A stretch of DNA of 64,000 nucleotides. Source: Macrostomum lignano (taxonomy: Eukaryota). Shown here one piece after another: positions 1 to 34,464 of this stretch. The notes beneath the pieces are model-generated. The model had not been told where the DNA came from, made no database searches, and saw only the letters and a list, made by a program, of their open reading frames with translations. Numbering within the stretch: the stretch's first letter is position 1; every line of letters begins with the position of its first letter. Position numbers and translations under genes: made by a program. The stretch is from positions 1 through 64,000 of the forward strand of contig NIVC01003488.1 in assembly GCA_002269645.1 (NCBI GenBank). The letters are read 5' to 3'.

Positions 1-1137
1 CGGGATCTGGGATCTGTATCTAGATAAATCTGGGACTATAGGGATCTGGGATCTGTACTAGATAAATCTAGGACCATCGGTCTGGGATCTGTATCTAGAT
101 AAATCTGGGCCATTGGGATCTGGGATTTAAAGGATCTAAGATCTGTATCTAGAAAAATCTGGGCCATTGGGATCTGGATCTGTATCTAGATAAATCTGGG
201 ACCACCGGGATCTGGGATTTTTATCTAGATAAATCTGGGACCATTATGATCTGGGATCTGTATCTAGATAAATCTAAAGCCATCGGGATCTGGGATTTGC
301 ATCTAGTAGATAAATCTGGGCCATTGGGATCTGGGATCTAAAGGATCTGGGATTTAAAGGATCTTGGATTTAAAGGATCTGGGATTTAAAGGATTTGGGA
401 TTTAAAGGATTTGGGATCTGTATCTAGAAAAATCTGGGGCCATTGGGATCTGGGATCTGTATCTAGATAAATCTGGGACCATCGGGATCTGGGATCTGCA
501 TCTAGATAAATCTGAGACCATCGGGATCTGGGATTTGCATCTAGATAAATATGGGACCATCGAGATCTGGGATTTGCATCTAGATAAATCTGGGCCATTG
601 GGATCTGGGATTTAAAGGATCTGGGATTTAAAGGATATGAGATTTAAAGGATCTGGGATTTAAAGGATCTGGGATTTAAAGGATCTGGGATTTAAAGGAT
701 CTGGGATTTAAAGGATCTGGGATTTAAAGGATCTGGGATTTAAAGGATCTGGGATTTAAAGGATCTGGGATTTAAAGGATCTGGGATTTAAAGGATCTGG
801 GATTTAAAGGATCTGGGATTTAAAGGATCTGGGATTTAAAGGATCTGGGATTTAAAGGATCTGGGATTTAAAGATCTGGGATTTAAAGGATCTGGGATTT
901 AAAGGATCTGGGATTTAAAGGATCTGGGATTTAAAGGATCTGGGATTTAAAGGATCTGGGATTTAAAGGATCTGGGATTTAAAGGATCTGGGATTTAAAG
1001 GATCTGGATTTAAAGGATCTGGGATTTAAAGGATCTGGGATTTAAAGGATCTGGGATTTAAAGGATCTGGGATTTAAAGGATCTGGGATTTAAAGGATCT
1101 GGGATTTAAAGGATCTGGGATTTAAAGGATCTGGGAT
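1..1137. repeat. Compound minisatellite: ~39-bp unit (GGGATCTGGGATCTGTATCTAGATAAATCTGGGACCATC) to ~600, then 16-bp unit (GGGATTTAAAGGATCT)
   Basis: Tandem units read directly; the 386..598 ORF shows the matching 13-aa period. Confidence 0.95.
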
Positions 1138-2010
1138 CCTGAGACTCAGAATCCTAGAATATTAACTTCTTGGAAAGTGGCCGTAGGATCTTTGGGATGT
1201 GGAATTTAGGAATCTGAGAAGTTTAGTTCTAGATTCATGAGACCTGCGATATTTTTGAGACTTTGACTATTTGGGATGTGGGATATTTCAGCTCCTGATT
1301 CTCTGGGATTAAGAAGCCAAATTAAGTTTCACTTGGCAAGAAATTCAACACAATGAATTGCTCCATAACTAGGGATTCATTTAAACGAATTCGATCTCTA
1401 AAATTTAGTTGACAGTCAAAATTTCTGAGCAGCCAGATTGAAATTCTGCCCTCGAGGCACGAGTTCGGGTGACACTGTAATTCTAATCCTCGGGTGTAGA
1501 ATTAAATAAAATTTTATAAACGGATTCCCACCAAGGTGTGTTGCGAGACCAGCCGGCAAGAGGGACCCGCCCAGGTGAGCCCAGGTGTCAGAACCATAGA
1601 CAGGCATTCTCCAAGGTGTCAATTAGCTAATTTGCAGATTGCTTATCACCATGGCGCCCAGCCCTATTAGTTAATGCACTGGCACATTTACAATGGGAGT
1701 GCAATTCGATTCTGCACACCACCGGTTGCGCAACTGCCCGGCGATGGCTTGGCTAATAAGTGGCCGCAGTGGGCTGCACGGGATTCCTGCAGGCGTTGGC
1801 AACCAATTATTTATTTACTGAGAGGCATCTGCTGCGTGGCTGATTGGTAGTCAAATTTGGGCGAAATCGGTGGTCCATGACTGACTGTCGGGTTGCTGGG
1901 CGAGCTGCGATCAACAGTGGAGGAGAAATTCACCATTCGCTAAAAAGGCGGAAGCTTCCGTACAGGTGCAATTTGCAGCCTGAGATAGAGCTACTTGCAT
2001 CGGCGATTGC

Positions 2011-2656
<646 letters not shown>

Positions 2657-3189
2657 CAGCAAAATGCAGCTCAGCACAGATCGATCCTCAGCCTCCCTCA
2701 CTCAATGCCTAATCATGCACCTGCAGACTCAGGGCCTCCCCTGAGCCGCACCTATGCGCAGCGCGACCAGTCGGAGATCTCTCATCCCTGTCGCTGCCTC
2801 CCCTGCCTCATGCAGCTCCCCGCCACCCTCAGTATCGAGCGGGTGTCGGGTTTCCCCCTCAAACCTTTGTCTCTGCAGTCTCTTTTCGTCGTCAAAAGCA
2901 AAGAAGGGAGGCAGCGCGCGCCGCGGCTCAGGGAGACTGCGAGGAAGAGGATTATGAGCTCTCTTCAGCCCCATCAACTCTGCGTGCCATTGCCCGAGTG
3001 CTCCCAGTATCTGCGCTGACACAATTTTTTCTTTGTGTTGCGAGTTGCTTGTTCAACTGTCCCTGTGTTGGCATTGAAGCAACCCTGCACCCGCGGTCCC
3101 AACCCACAGGACTTCGGTGCTTTTGTAGTGCGCCAACTGCAGTATGTAACTTTCACGAGAGTCGGCTCAAGGAAGCAGAGCGAGAATCA

Positions 3190-3710
3190 AGAATCCGAAA
3201 CTTCAGTCCATGAATCCGAAACTTCAGTCCATGAATCCCGAAACTTCAGTCCATGAATCCCGAAAGTTCAGTCCATGAATCCTGAAACTTCAGTTCATGA
3301 ACCCCGAAACTTCATTTCATGAATCCCGAAACTTCAGTTCATGAACCCCGAAACTTCATTTCATGAACCCGAAACTTCAGTTCATGAACCCGAAGCTTCA
3401 GTTCAATGAACCGCCGAAGCTTCAGTTCATGAACCCGAAACTCCATTTCATGAACCCCGAAACTTCATTTCATGAACCCCGAAACTTTATTTCATGAACC
3501 CCGAAACTTCATTTCATGAACCCCGAAACTTCAGTTCATGAACCGCCCGAAACTTCAGTTCATGAACCCCGAAACTTCATTTCATGAATCCCGAAACTTC
3601 AGTTCATGAACCCCGAAACTTCATTTCATGAACCCCGAAACTTTATTTCATGAACCCCGAAGCTTCAGTTCATGAACCCCGAAACTTCAGTTCATGAACC
3701 CCGAAGCTTC
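3190..3710. repeat. ~21-22-bp minisatellite (CATGAACCCCGAAACTTCAGTT)
   Basis: Direct tandem units. Confidence 0.95.
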
Positions 3711-4642
3711 ACGGGCTGTTTCAAACGTTAAAAAATCCATCTTGAAAAAAGCAATCATTACAAATGTCCATTATAAACAAAATCAACCACTCAACTTCTT
3801 CAAGTTAACAAAACAATTCGATCTGATCAAATTTAAGTCAAAAAGACAAACCAATCTAACCATATTTTAAGGATTTTATCAATCACTTTAGCTCACTGAG
3901 ATTGGAGCTAGTATGCGCTAGGGCTAGCCTAGCTTATGTTTGAGAGCCGTCTTCTTCTCTCTTGCGGCTCGGCAGAGTTGATTTTGAAAAGGCAGAAAAA
4001 GCAACGCGACACGCAAAAGGAATCGGGAGGGCAGGCACGCGAGAGGCAGCGGTTGGGGAAATCTGACTCCACTTTGCCAATCTGTACGGACCGCTTGTTC
4101 TTCGCTCCCCCCCATTCTCCCTGTCCACCCCCAGCTCCGCCGTGTCAACACAAAAGTTTGCCGAGCTTTGAGCAATTCAGTCAGGGATTTGTTCTCAACT
4201 GGGAAAACTGAGAGCCATGAAGACGGGTTAAATCGTTGGGGGGGGCTGTTTTTCTTTGCCTGCTCAAACAGTTGAGCACATTTGGTGCGAGAGTCTGTCT
4301 GTCTGCCTGTCCGCATGGCTCCCGTGTCGCATATGGACAGAAGTCTCTTATACTCAATCTGCTTCTGATTTTCGAATTTCAAGCTTATAAAATTCACAAA
4401 GATAGGTGAAATTGAGTTGCAATCTATTCATTCATATTTTGAGGAATTTATCAAACCATCCTGTTTTTCTCGGCTTCTCAGTTCCTCACGCGACGTGCCC
4501 GGTAGCCGGTTTCTAGGGGTGCGATTCTTCTGATAGAGAGCTGAAGAAATATTGAGAAGGAACAGCTGAGACCAGGCAAGAGTGTGGGATTGTTTGGGTG
4601 GAAATAAAAGATCTGCGGGCTTTAGTTAGCACTACGCATACA

Positions 4643-5310
<668 letters not shown>

Positions 5311-5854
5311 AGATGGCTGAACATGGAAGGGGCAAGCATGCGGCAGAGGGGAGAACAGTTTAGTATTATAAAACATCAGCGTGTTTTGCTGCAAGGAACC
5401 GGTCTAGTGGCAAGCAATATCGTGTTACACAGCCCAAGTAAGCGCTAATATTCATACATACAGAGAGCCGAGAGTACGAATTTCAAGCAATACTTTCACT
5501 ATACAGTGGGGCGTACACAAACATCCTGGCTCACACATTCCAGTGCAGTCAGGACCGTCAGTAAATGCTTGTAACCCGAGCCTTCAAGCCAAGTTATTTT
5601 TCACCAGCTTGTTCACTCCGGCCCCTCCCCTATATTTCTCCATTATAATACTCGAAGAAGGCAAGCCGTGGAACTCAATGCACCAGATCTCCGAAAACTG
5701 GTGCAGCAGACTCTTCGAGCTTGGCGTGAACTGGCATGCATTGGATGGGGAGCGGAAATGATCAAGGAGAGCATCGGGTTTCGAAACGGGTTTTCTCTGG
5801 GTGAAGAGCGATACAGAAAGCAATTGGATTTCTTGGAAACCGGTGTTAGTACAT

Positions 5855-6110
5855 GGCAGACACTAAGGCAGACACTAAGGCAGACACTAAGGCAGACACT
5901 AACAGACACTAACACAGACACTAACACAGACACTAACACAGACACTAACACAGACACTAACACAGACACAGACACTAAGACAGACAGGCAGACAATAAGG
6001 CAGACAAAGGCAGACACTAAGACAGACAGGCAGACAATAAGGCAGACACAAAGGCAGACACTAACAAAGACACTAATAGAGACTATGGCAGACACTAAGA
6101 CAGACACAAA
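5855..6110. repeat. ~10-12-bp CAGACACTAA-based array
   Basis: Direct tandem units. Confidence 0.9.
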
Positions 6111-6664
6111 GGCAGGCAATGGGACAGGCCGCAAAAGGCTCGATTGTCCTGGCCACTTGTCTCTCAGGCACCATTGCGCAAGCACAATACTGGCTCCATG
6201 CTGTAAAGATATACCTCCCCCCCCTAGCGTCTCTACACAAATGGTTAAAGTGGTGCCTATATAACACAGTTGCGTGCTGTTCAAACACACTATATTTTTG
6301 CATTCAAATCGTCCATTTATTGTTAGGCAAGTGTCTCAAGTGCCCGCCTACTAAACTGGTTAATTGGTTGGAAAAATAAATAGACATTGCGTGCGAGCCA
6401 GAGCTTCATTGTTGCAGGGTTTGGGGGGTGCTGTTGCTCTGGGCGAATTTGGGGATCTTATTAACGATTGTGGAGTTTCCCTAGTTCTCTATTCTGTTCA
6501 AGTGGCTCGCTTATTCAATCAATCACTAATAAAATATCGATCCCAGTCGAGAGAGGCGAGGCTCCGGCGAGCGTTTGCATCGTCATTAGCAACTGGCTTG
6601 AAATCCTACACCCACAATTTCCCTTCCCAGTCCCTGCTGCGTTCGACTGCCTCGAGTGCCATTT

Positions 6665-6950
6665 TGGCCTGTATCAGTGCCTGTGTCAGTGCCTGTGTCA
6701 GTGCATGTATCAGTGCCTGTGTCAGTGCCTGTGTCAGTGCCTGTGTCAGTGCCTGTGTCAGTGCCTGTATCAGTGCCTGTGTCAGTGCCTGTGTCAGTGC
6801 CAGAGACACTGTGTCAGTGTCTCTATGCCCGTCTCAGTGTCTGCATTAGTGTCTTTATTAGTGTCTGCAGTAGTGTCTTTATTAGTGTCTTTGTTAGTGT
6901 CTGCATTAGTGTCTGCATTAGTGTCTTTGTTAGTGTCTGCATTAGTTTGC
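6665..6950. repeat. TGTCAGTGCCTG / TTAGTGTCTGCA 12-bp arrays, the reverse complement of the 5855-6110 motif
   Basis: Direct tandem units; reverse-complement match to CAGACACTAA. Confidence 0.85.
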
Positions 6951-7545
6951 ATTTAGCTACTCATTCCAATGTTTCAAATAGTTCAAGGCAAGAGACTGGT
7001 TCTCTCTCAGAAAGACTAAGACAGACACTAATTCATAGAGTGAACCTTTCTCAAGTTGTCTCTCAGAAAGCCACAAGGGTCTCATCTGCTGTTTTACTTA
7101 ATCAGAACAATTTATCGCATTCGCTGATTATCGCCATTTGCATTGTCTTTGCGCGCCTGCTTGAGTTCGTGTTTCCTTTGTTGCGTCCTCCCTTCGGCAC
7201 GCGACCTGCTCCACCCCCTGCTTCTCAGTCTTTCTTTTTATCGTTGCTAAAGATTTCATTGTGCTTGGGGTGGGGGAGGCGGTGGATGGAGGGATAATTT
7301 TCCCCATCCTATCACAGCGGGGGATCTTTTTCTGCGCCCAGTTCTCAAGTGTGTCGAGACCACGTGCTCAGCTTGTTGGTTGTTCGTTTAGATTGAACCA
7401 ACTGACTCATGCGTTAATGAGTTGGTAATATTTTTGTATAACTTCATCTCCGTCATCATCGGTTCATTTCAGCTGGAAGAGCCGACAGACGGAGACCTGC
7501 TCAGAGAGCTTTGAGTACTGACTGGCAACAGACAGGCAGACGGAC

Positions 7546-16465
<8,920 letters not shown>

Positions 16466-16507
16466 GCTGAGCCCGGCAGCTATTGAAGGGAAAAACTATC
16501 TTCAACT

Positions 16508-17013
16508 AGGGTCTAGGGTCAACTAGGGTCAAGTCTCTAGGGTCAAAGCCTCTCTAGGGTCAAGTCTCTAGGATCAAGTCCCTAGGGTCAAGTCTCTAGG
16601 GTCAAAGCCTCTCTAGGGTCAAGTCTCTAGGGTCAAAGCCTCTCTAGGGTCAAGTCTCTAGGGTCAAGTCTCTAGGGTCAAGTCTCTAGGGTCAAAGCCT
16701 CTCTAGGGTCAAGTCTCTAGGGTCGAAGCCTCTGTAGGGTTAAGTCTCTGACTCTAGGGTCAAAGTCTCTGTAGGGTCAAGTCTATCTAGATTCAAGTCT
16801 CTCTAGGGTTTAAGTCTATCTAGAGACAAGTCTCTCTAGTCTAGGGCCAAAGTCTCTCTAGTCTAGGGTCAAAGTCTCTCTAGTCTAGGGTCAAAGTCTT
16901 TCTAGTGTAGGGTCAGGTCTCTCTAGTCTAGGGTCAAAGTCTCTCTAGTCTAGGGTCAAAGTCTCTCTAGTCTAGGGTCAAAGTCTCTCTAGTCTAGGGT
17001 CAGGTCTCTCTAG
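16508..17013. repeat. TCTAGGGTCAAAGTCTC-type minisatellite immediately 3' of the EYA stop
   Basis: Direct tandem units. Confidence 0.9.
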
Positions 17014-17924
17014 GATCTCCGACAAGAAATTTCGCGTAGAAATTCTGTAAGATGCAACGCACACACCTGTCTACTGTCCAATCGCAATCAGTAGGGTCAT
17101 AGGGTTAATTAAATTTTTGAATTGGTTTTAAACAGTGAAATTTAAAACAGAGAATTGCCATTCCGTGAATTGATAAATTCAAAAGTTTTTTGTTTTCTGA
17201 CGAACATTTCACCCAAATGTTTTATCGCTAAATTTTCCGTTTGCTGCTTTGTGTCCCCTTATCGTTGATTATCAAACAACTTTTTTTATGTGTCTCTCGC
17301 GATGCGAGCCTGTTGCAATATGCAATGAAATATTGTTAATAAGTTTGCTATCTTCAGCAGGCTTGTTCAGCAGAGTTACAGATCAACTTATAAGATTTTT
17401 TTGTTTGTCGTTCGACTCGCGTAGTCATTGTTTGAAAAAATGACAATATCTGTTATTTTTCCTGTTACAAACGCTGCCCTGGTACGCAGTGCCTGTGCAA
17501 TCAATACTGTGTTGTCTGTGTTTGCCTCAAGGTTTTCTGAAAGATCCCCTCTCCTTAGCTGCGATTGCAGACAAATTTCAACAAATTTGTTTCAAATATT
17601 ATTTATATACCCACTCAGTCTCTGACCCAATTCAAACCCCTTTTCTCTTCTGCTTTTGTCTCCCTACGCTGTGTACAAATAAAATAATCAACTGCCTATT
17701 CTGTTCCCGCTTCGGCTGACGAATAAGCTATGTTTCATAATGCTAAGCTGCAAATATACACTAAACCTACAGTTATTCTGTCCTGTCCTATCAAAGCGAT
17801 ATCAATTATAGCATTACTGTTGGTCATTGCTGATGCTCTTCTTACGGTTAAGTCTGAGAAAAAATTCAATCAGAATCTCTTCTATTGTCCCGCATTCCAT
17901 CTGAACATATAAATTGGACTGAAC

Positions 17925-18460
17925 TCTTACTCTCCTCTCTCCTCTCTCGCTCTCCTCTCTCCTCTCTCACTCTCCTCTCTCCTATCTCGCTCTCCTCTCT
18001 CCTCTCTCACTCTCCTCTCTCCTCTCTCGCTCTCCTCTCTCGCTCTCCTCTCTCGCTCTCCTCTCTCGCTCTCCTCTCTCCTCTCTCGCTCTCCTCTCTC
18101 CTCTCTTGCTCTCCTCTCTCCTCTCTCACTCTCCTCTCTCGCTCTCCTCTCTCGCTCTCCTCTCTCCTCTCTCGCTCTCCTCTCTCCTCTCTCGCTCTCC
18201 TCTCTCCTCTCTCGCTCTCCTCTCTCGCTCTCCTCTCTCCTCTCTCGCTCTCCTCTCTCCTCTCTCGCTCTCCTCTTTCCTCTTTCGCTTCCCTCTCTCC
18301 TCTCTCGCTCTCCTCTCTCCTCTCTCGCTCTCCTCTCTCCTCTCTCGCTCTCCTCTCTCCTCTCTCGCTCTCTCGCTCTCCTCTCTCGCTCTCCTCTCTC
18401 GCTCTCCTCTCTCGCACTCTTCTCTCGCACTCTTCTGTCGCTCTCCTCTCTCGCTCTCCT
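17925..18460. repeat. Polypyrimidine array (CTCTCGCTCTCCTCTCTC)
   Basis: Direct inspection. Confidence 0.9.
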
Positions 18461-19094
18461 CTTTTCATTTCATTTGCATCCTTTTTCATCGCTGTTTCAG
18501 CGCTGGGATATCTGGCCTACTATCTTATTACTTTTTTATTAGCTCAAATGCTCAACTATTTGCTCTAGTAGGCTGCAACAACAGGCCACCGACAGAGATT
18601 CAATTAACTGCTCACTCGTCCTGTGGCACTGTGGGGGTGGTTTTTTGTCACATTCAGCCACATTTCATTTTACTTCTGTTCTATCTAGCTTACTGCAAAC
18701 ATTGCATAGTGGCCGAAACAGCCACCTCTGCCCCACTGGGATGGAGCAGTGGGTGGAGCCAATCTCCAATTGTCTTCAACTGTGGGCACTGACGCTAGCC
18801 CCATCTTTGATACACCGTGTGCCCTTCGTTTCTCATACACTTCCAGCAGCACTGTAGAATATAGATGAGGCCGCACAGACACCTGAGAGCAGCAGCACCC
18901 CTACGCCCCCAGGAAAAGATGCCGAATGTGGGTAGAGAGATGAGCTACCAGACTCAAAATGAGACTAAGAAATAAAAGGTGTCCCTATGTCCCCCGTAGA
19001 GAGCTACTTTTGGTAATTTTGCAGCTTAAATAGACTCGAGACAGGTATAGACAACTCCGGCAGAGCTGCTGGTGCTAATCCAAGTTATAACGTC

Positions 19095-21981
<2,887 letters not shown>

Positions 21982-24615
21982 TTTATTATATCAGTCTGTG
22001 CTGATAAAATTATTTATAATTGTGAATTGCAAAACTAATTAATTACGTACAAGTATTCATTAAATGAATTTAATCTTTATGCTCTTTATTTCGTCATGTA
22101 TTCAACAAATTTTCTGCTGTTGTGCAAATCTTTAGGCTTGGGAAAAGTATAACAAGCCACGAGCCACCTGACAAGTCCAGCGTTTCCATTTGACTTTAAA
22201 GAGCGAATCCACACGAGGCTTGTCGATTAGGAACATAATTGTGCCAAGCCTAAAAAAGTTTCTAATTCGTGCATATTTAATGTCTTCTCCATCATTTCGG
22301 CGAATACGCGGTGTTGGCGAAAGTTATTGAATATAAATTCAGTCGGTGAAATTTTCTGGAAGGACAGGATCATAATCATAATCGATCCAAATACTCGAAT
22401 TTTACACACACACGAATTGTACACATACGTACATCTACATGCATGGACTATTGCAAGTGGGAATAACATATAAAACATCGATAGCTTTATACGCGGTTTT
22501 TTAATTGGAAAATCCGGCTGGAAGTTTTATATTTTGCATTCTATCGCTAGCAAGTCCAGTCGTATTGATTGTGCACGCATTTTCTATGTTCCCACCTGCA
22601 CCCCTTAATTGTCTGTCTCTATAGTTTCCTTCGCACCTCCAAGGCCATGCATCTTTAGATTCGTTAGGCTCGCTTCTCTTTCTTGCTGGAGTGTTGCTCG
22701 GTCCGTCGATCTAACTTCTCATCATAAATGTTATTTGATGTCGTGGATGGAACTGTACTTGAACCATTCAGTTGTTATGGTGATTTTAGCTAGATAGACG
22801 ACGTGACGTTGAATCAATTGCCACATTCTCTTTTCTGTACATGTATTATACATTCATTTTGAAGTCGGCCGTATTTAATTTGCTTACAACTTGTGAAAAA
22901 AAACAAAGTTACCTATGTCTTACTACACATACGCGTATTATTGCAATATGATGTTCTAGCATCGCGTACAGTACATTTCGCCTGACTTTGCATGATTCGC
23001 CTAGTCCACAGACCCATTTTCTACTGCTAAACTATAAGTTTTGTTTTTCAAACGAAAGAAAATTTCGTCGTAATGATTCAGATTTTCGCCGAAAGTTGTC
23101 AACATGCTTTGGCCGAAATAGATAAACAGGCATTTATAGTTGGTCGGTTCATGAGGTGCCAAAAAATATTTGAATCCGAGTTGTTACTGATCTGGGTTAA
23201 TCGTCTTGCGTGAAGCCGGGTGCAATACTTTTTAAATACCAAATATACTCTAATTGGTTTGTTCAATGTTACGAATTCTTTAGGTAACCGTTCAAACCGG
23301 CATCAAGACGATCTGGCGACAGACGATCCGGCGACAAGGTGTACATTACGAGCGTAGCTCGTTTATGCACCACATCAACCCGTGTCGCTCCAGTTATCAT
23401 TCTGAGTATAGAAGTATATGAAAGGAATGAAATATTACGTACATGATATATTATTATATTATAAAAATATTATATGAAACTGCGCGCTGCACTTTTACTG
23501 TGCTTTTTTTCTACGGCGCTACTTATTAAAACTGTGCGTGTTCTAAACAGTGCATTTTTAATTCGATATATTGTGACGTTGTCAGTTTAAGTAGCCCCGC
23601 CATACGGGGCTACTTTTGACATACGGTACCAATCTATAATATTGTTGGCTTCGTACTCTCACGTCTGCTTAAAGTAGTGCCCAAAGAATTTTAATCAGCT
23701 TGCGTACTTTTGTAAAGCCTGCGTACAGTGCACGATCGATAATTCCTGTTTTTCTGTTTTTTTCCAGCCGGCCAATAGAAAAGCCGCACATTAATTATGT
23801 TAAGTTCTCCTCGCGCGCCCACCCCCAGGCCCAGCCCGCTCCTTGTCAGTTCTGTCCGGCTGGGCGCTCAGGGTTAGACGCCTTTCCAGTTTCCACGCCT
23901 TTCCCTTCCTTGTTTACTTGCCTTCTCTCTCCGCCTCACGCTACGCCTTCGCCAGCCTCAGCCACGCCACTTTCACTGGCTGTTCGAGCTCTCTCTCTTT
24001 CTACGAGCACCTCAACCGTACATTCACCGCCATCACTTTGTCACCGTTGCCTCAACTCATCGACCCACTTTGCCTTCTACCATCTAACTCATTGTTGCGT
24101 AGCCGCCAGCGCATCGTTTGTGAATTCAACAAGAACTTTGACCTATTTCTGTTAATCGCCCAAGCGGAATCAATAATAGCAAGCATAACCACTGTCCTCT
24201 CATACGTTGCAATAAAAAAAGTCTACGGCCATTGCCCGCATCAGTCGCCATTTTTGCCAAGTGCTACCGCTACAAAATTGCCTCGGCCGTATTAGTCTTT
24301 GTTGATTATTTTCGAGGCCGCCTCTTTATACGTATATTGGGCTTTGTGATAAAAAACTTTGTGATAAAATGACACAGCCTTGTAATAAAATGACACAGCT
24401 TTGTGATAAGAAGACACATTTCCTATTTTTTTCGATCATTGAGTTTTGCCCCCCCCCCCCTAATGCACATGTACACGCAGCTGCTAAACTAAATGTACTT
24501 GACGGTTTCCATTTGTACACTGTACGCTAGCTGAGAGAACCACGCACATGGAAAAAAAATTGGGTATTCAATATTTTTATCGGCGTTTTTCAACACGCAG
24601 CTCTGTGCAGGAGCT

Positions 24616-24652
24616 CTAACCCTAAACCCTAATCTAACCCTAACCCAAACCA
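24616..24652. repeat. Short degenerate telomere-like (TAACCC)n tract
   Basis: CTCTAACCCTAAACCCTAATCTAACCCTAACCCAAACC. Confidence 0.55.
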
Positions 24653-26662
24653 ATGAATCCTGAGAGTTGAGTTCTTTTTGATGGAGAAAATTTCGACTGA
24701 GTCCTGTTTCCCGGAGAGCATTTCGATGGTGTTCAATTTCATGGAGAGGATTTTTTGTCTTCGGAGTTGGATGATGGGACTCGGGTCATGAAATTCAGCT
24801 GATAGATTTCAGGGAATAGAATTCCGGTGATGGGAGTTCTTCCCCTTTCTCCTCCAGTGGAGGAGTTGGCTTCGTATTCTATATTTTTCAAGTTGATAAT
24901 ACGGTTTACTAAAGTATCTTTGTTTTACTCTACCTGTTTCTAATACTTTTTCAATATTTAAAAAATTAATAACTGCGGCTAAGGGAATCTACGGAATGTG
25001 ACAGCAACTACCATATTTCCGTAGTCATAGCCATAAGAGCAGCTAGCTACCATAGGCATATCTGTAGCTGCCGTAAGCACCTATTTTATCATATTTGCCG
25101 TAGGATCCCGGTGGAACACTATACTTTTTCTCACTACCAAGCACTCTGTCAGCTTGATTTGTCAACAACATTGAGGTATGTGTTTGTTTAATTATTAGAG
25201 ATACAACATAAACATTTTTCTTTTCTTCTAGGGCCTAATGTTTTATATATTTAGACTTTAGCCTATTATAACAAAGGCTAGACTAGAGTTTGGGCATTAG
25301 AATTCTATAATAGCTATAGATATATGCCTATTATTTAATGGATTACGTGGCATTTTAGCATTTGGCAAATAATGTTTTAGTAAAGTATTGTAATATTTTA
25401 GCAAACTCAATTTTGAGAACTTTTTCATTTTGAAGACACAATGCTATATCATATGGTATATATTTTATTAATTCCTAAACTAGCAATTTGAATTTTTTTT
25501 TATTTCTTACAAAATAGATGACACCAAAAATCAAAATGACTATCACCAAAGTAACCAGTTCCCTTTTAAAATGCAATATCTATTTAAGGTAAAGGCTTGT
25601 TTCCAATTTATTATTTTTAAATCAGTTTTTTATATTTTTTACTTTTTTTGGTCAAGGCTTGCTCTCTATGTGTTAATTTTACCTCTTTTTTACTTTTAAT
25701 ATTTCTTATTAAAAAATATTAATAAGGGTAAAGCTTTTTATTATTTAATTGTTTTTATTTTTTTTTTGTTATTCATTTATTCTTGGGGTAGGGTAGTTTT
25801 CAAATTAAAACTAGGACAATTTTCAAAATAGATCTCATGCAATGTTGGCAATTTATCTTCATTCAAATTTGTGCACTTCAAGCTAGGCAATTTAGTGCAA
25901 TGTATTCATTGGAATCTGCCTTGTTTATTCTATCTGCTAGGTCCTCAGTTCTAAAGGAGGGTAGGAAATATCATAGTTGAGTAGTCATTCTTCTAAGTTC
26001 TATATCATATATGCACAACAGTTGGCCGAGTCAGCCAATCTGGCCAACTGATTTGGCAGCCAACCAAGGAAGTTGCAAAAATGCCCACCCAAAAAAATAA
26101 CATAGTAGTAGTACTAAGTAGCTGACGAGGCATTTTGGCTTAATAAGACAGTCATAGTTACTTCTGCCGTTTACCCAAAGTTGCGTTAAATTTGCTTTAG
26201 GGTTCTTTTGTAAGTCGCATTTTTGGCCAAAAACTATGTCACATCTTTGTTAAAACTAAGTCACATGGTCAACTCAATTTTGGAGGTTGCACATGTATGT
26301 TCTATATAGTAAACCTTTTTTGAACTTGCCAAAACAATCATTACTTTTGTAATGTGCCAAAGCAATATTTTACCAAAATATCAAATTTATGACCATATTG
26401 ACCATAGACAAAAGCTCATTTACATTGGCAAACATATCTTGGATTAACTTAATTGCGCATACTAATAAGGGAAAGGTGAAAATAATTCTTATTTGCTGTC
26501 GGTTGATATTCATTATTGTCATTTATGGTTATTCCTAGCAGTGGCATAAGAAATAGAAGATAAAATTAGGATGGTGTAGTTTTTTAAATATCAATGAAGT
26601 ATATTATAAAAGATCAGGTTAATCGGTTTCTAGTGCAGAATTAACAACCAAAGCCATCAGTC

Positions 26663-33915
<7,253 letters not shown>

Positions 33916-34464
33916 CAGAAATTTATTGACGCTGCCTGTTTTTTGCTCAAGTCGGACAGTTCTTTTTAAGTCCGGTAAAAATCCCAATTTAAGTTGTTTT
34001 CAAAGCGCACGCTGTTGACTCACTGCAGTTTCTGTTAGGCGTTATGAGTAAAGGTATTTTAATTTTTTTCTGTCTTAAGCCAGTCCTGATTAGTCTTTTG
34101 TGGCATCCTCCGTTTAGCATTTAAGTTTTTTATGAATTTGTACTTCAAAACTAACGCTTGTTACGATCTTATGTAACTCGCTTTAGCATTGTTTTAATAG
34201 AAATTCACTAGCGTCTCTCAAATGCTTTTATACAATAATTACAACAGTCGTGCTGCTGTTTAATAAAACGATCGGTGATGGTAATTTTCTGGTTTATAAT
34301 AAATATAAATGCTTACAGGTGGTTCATTTGCTTTTCGATTTTTTCTGGAAAAGTTCCTTTAAAGTTCGAACTTTTTTGTAAAAATACGCTGCGCCTCATC
34401 AGGCGCCAGGTGGAATGTACAGCTGGTACAGTGCTAACAGTCCCTCCTAGCTCAGGGCTGCCAA

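Noticed and set aside
5668-6264. 198-aa ORF with plausible non-repeat ends
   Set aside because: Middle is repeat-derived; no recognisable domain or phase-consistent partner exons
23282-23340. GGTAACCGTTCAAACCGGC...GACGATCCGGCGACA as a possible MITE terminus
   Set aside because: No matching inverted end found in the window
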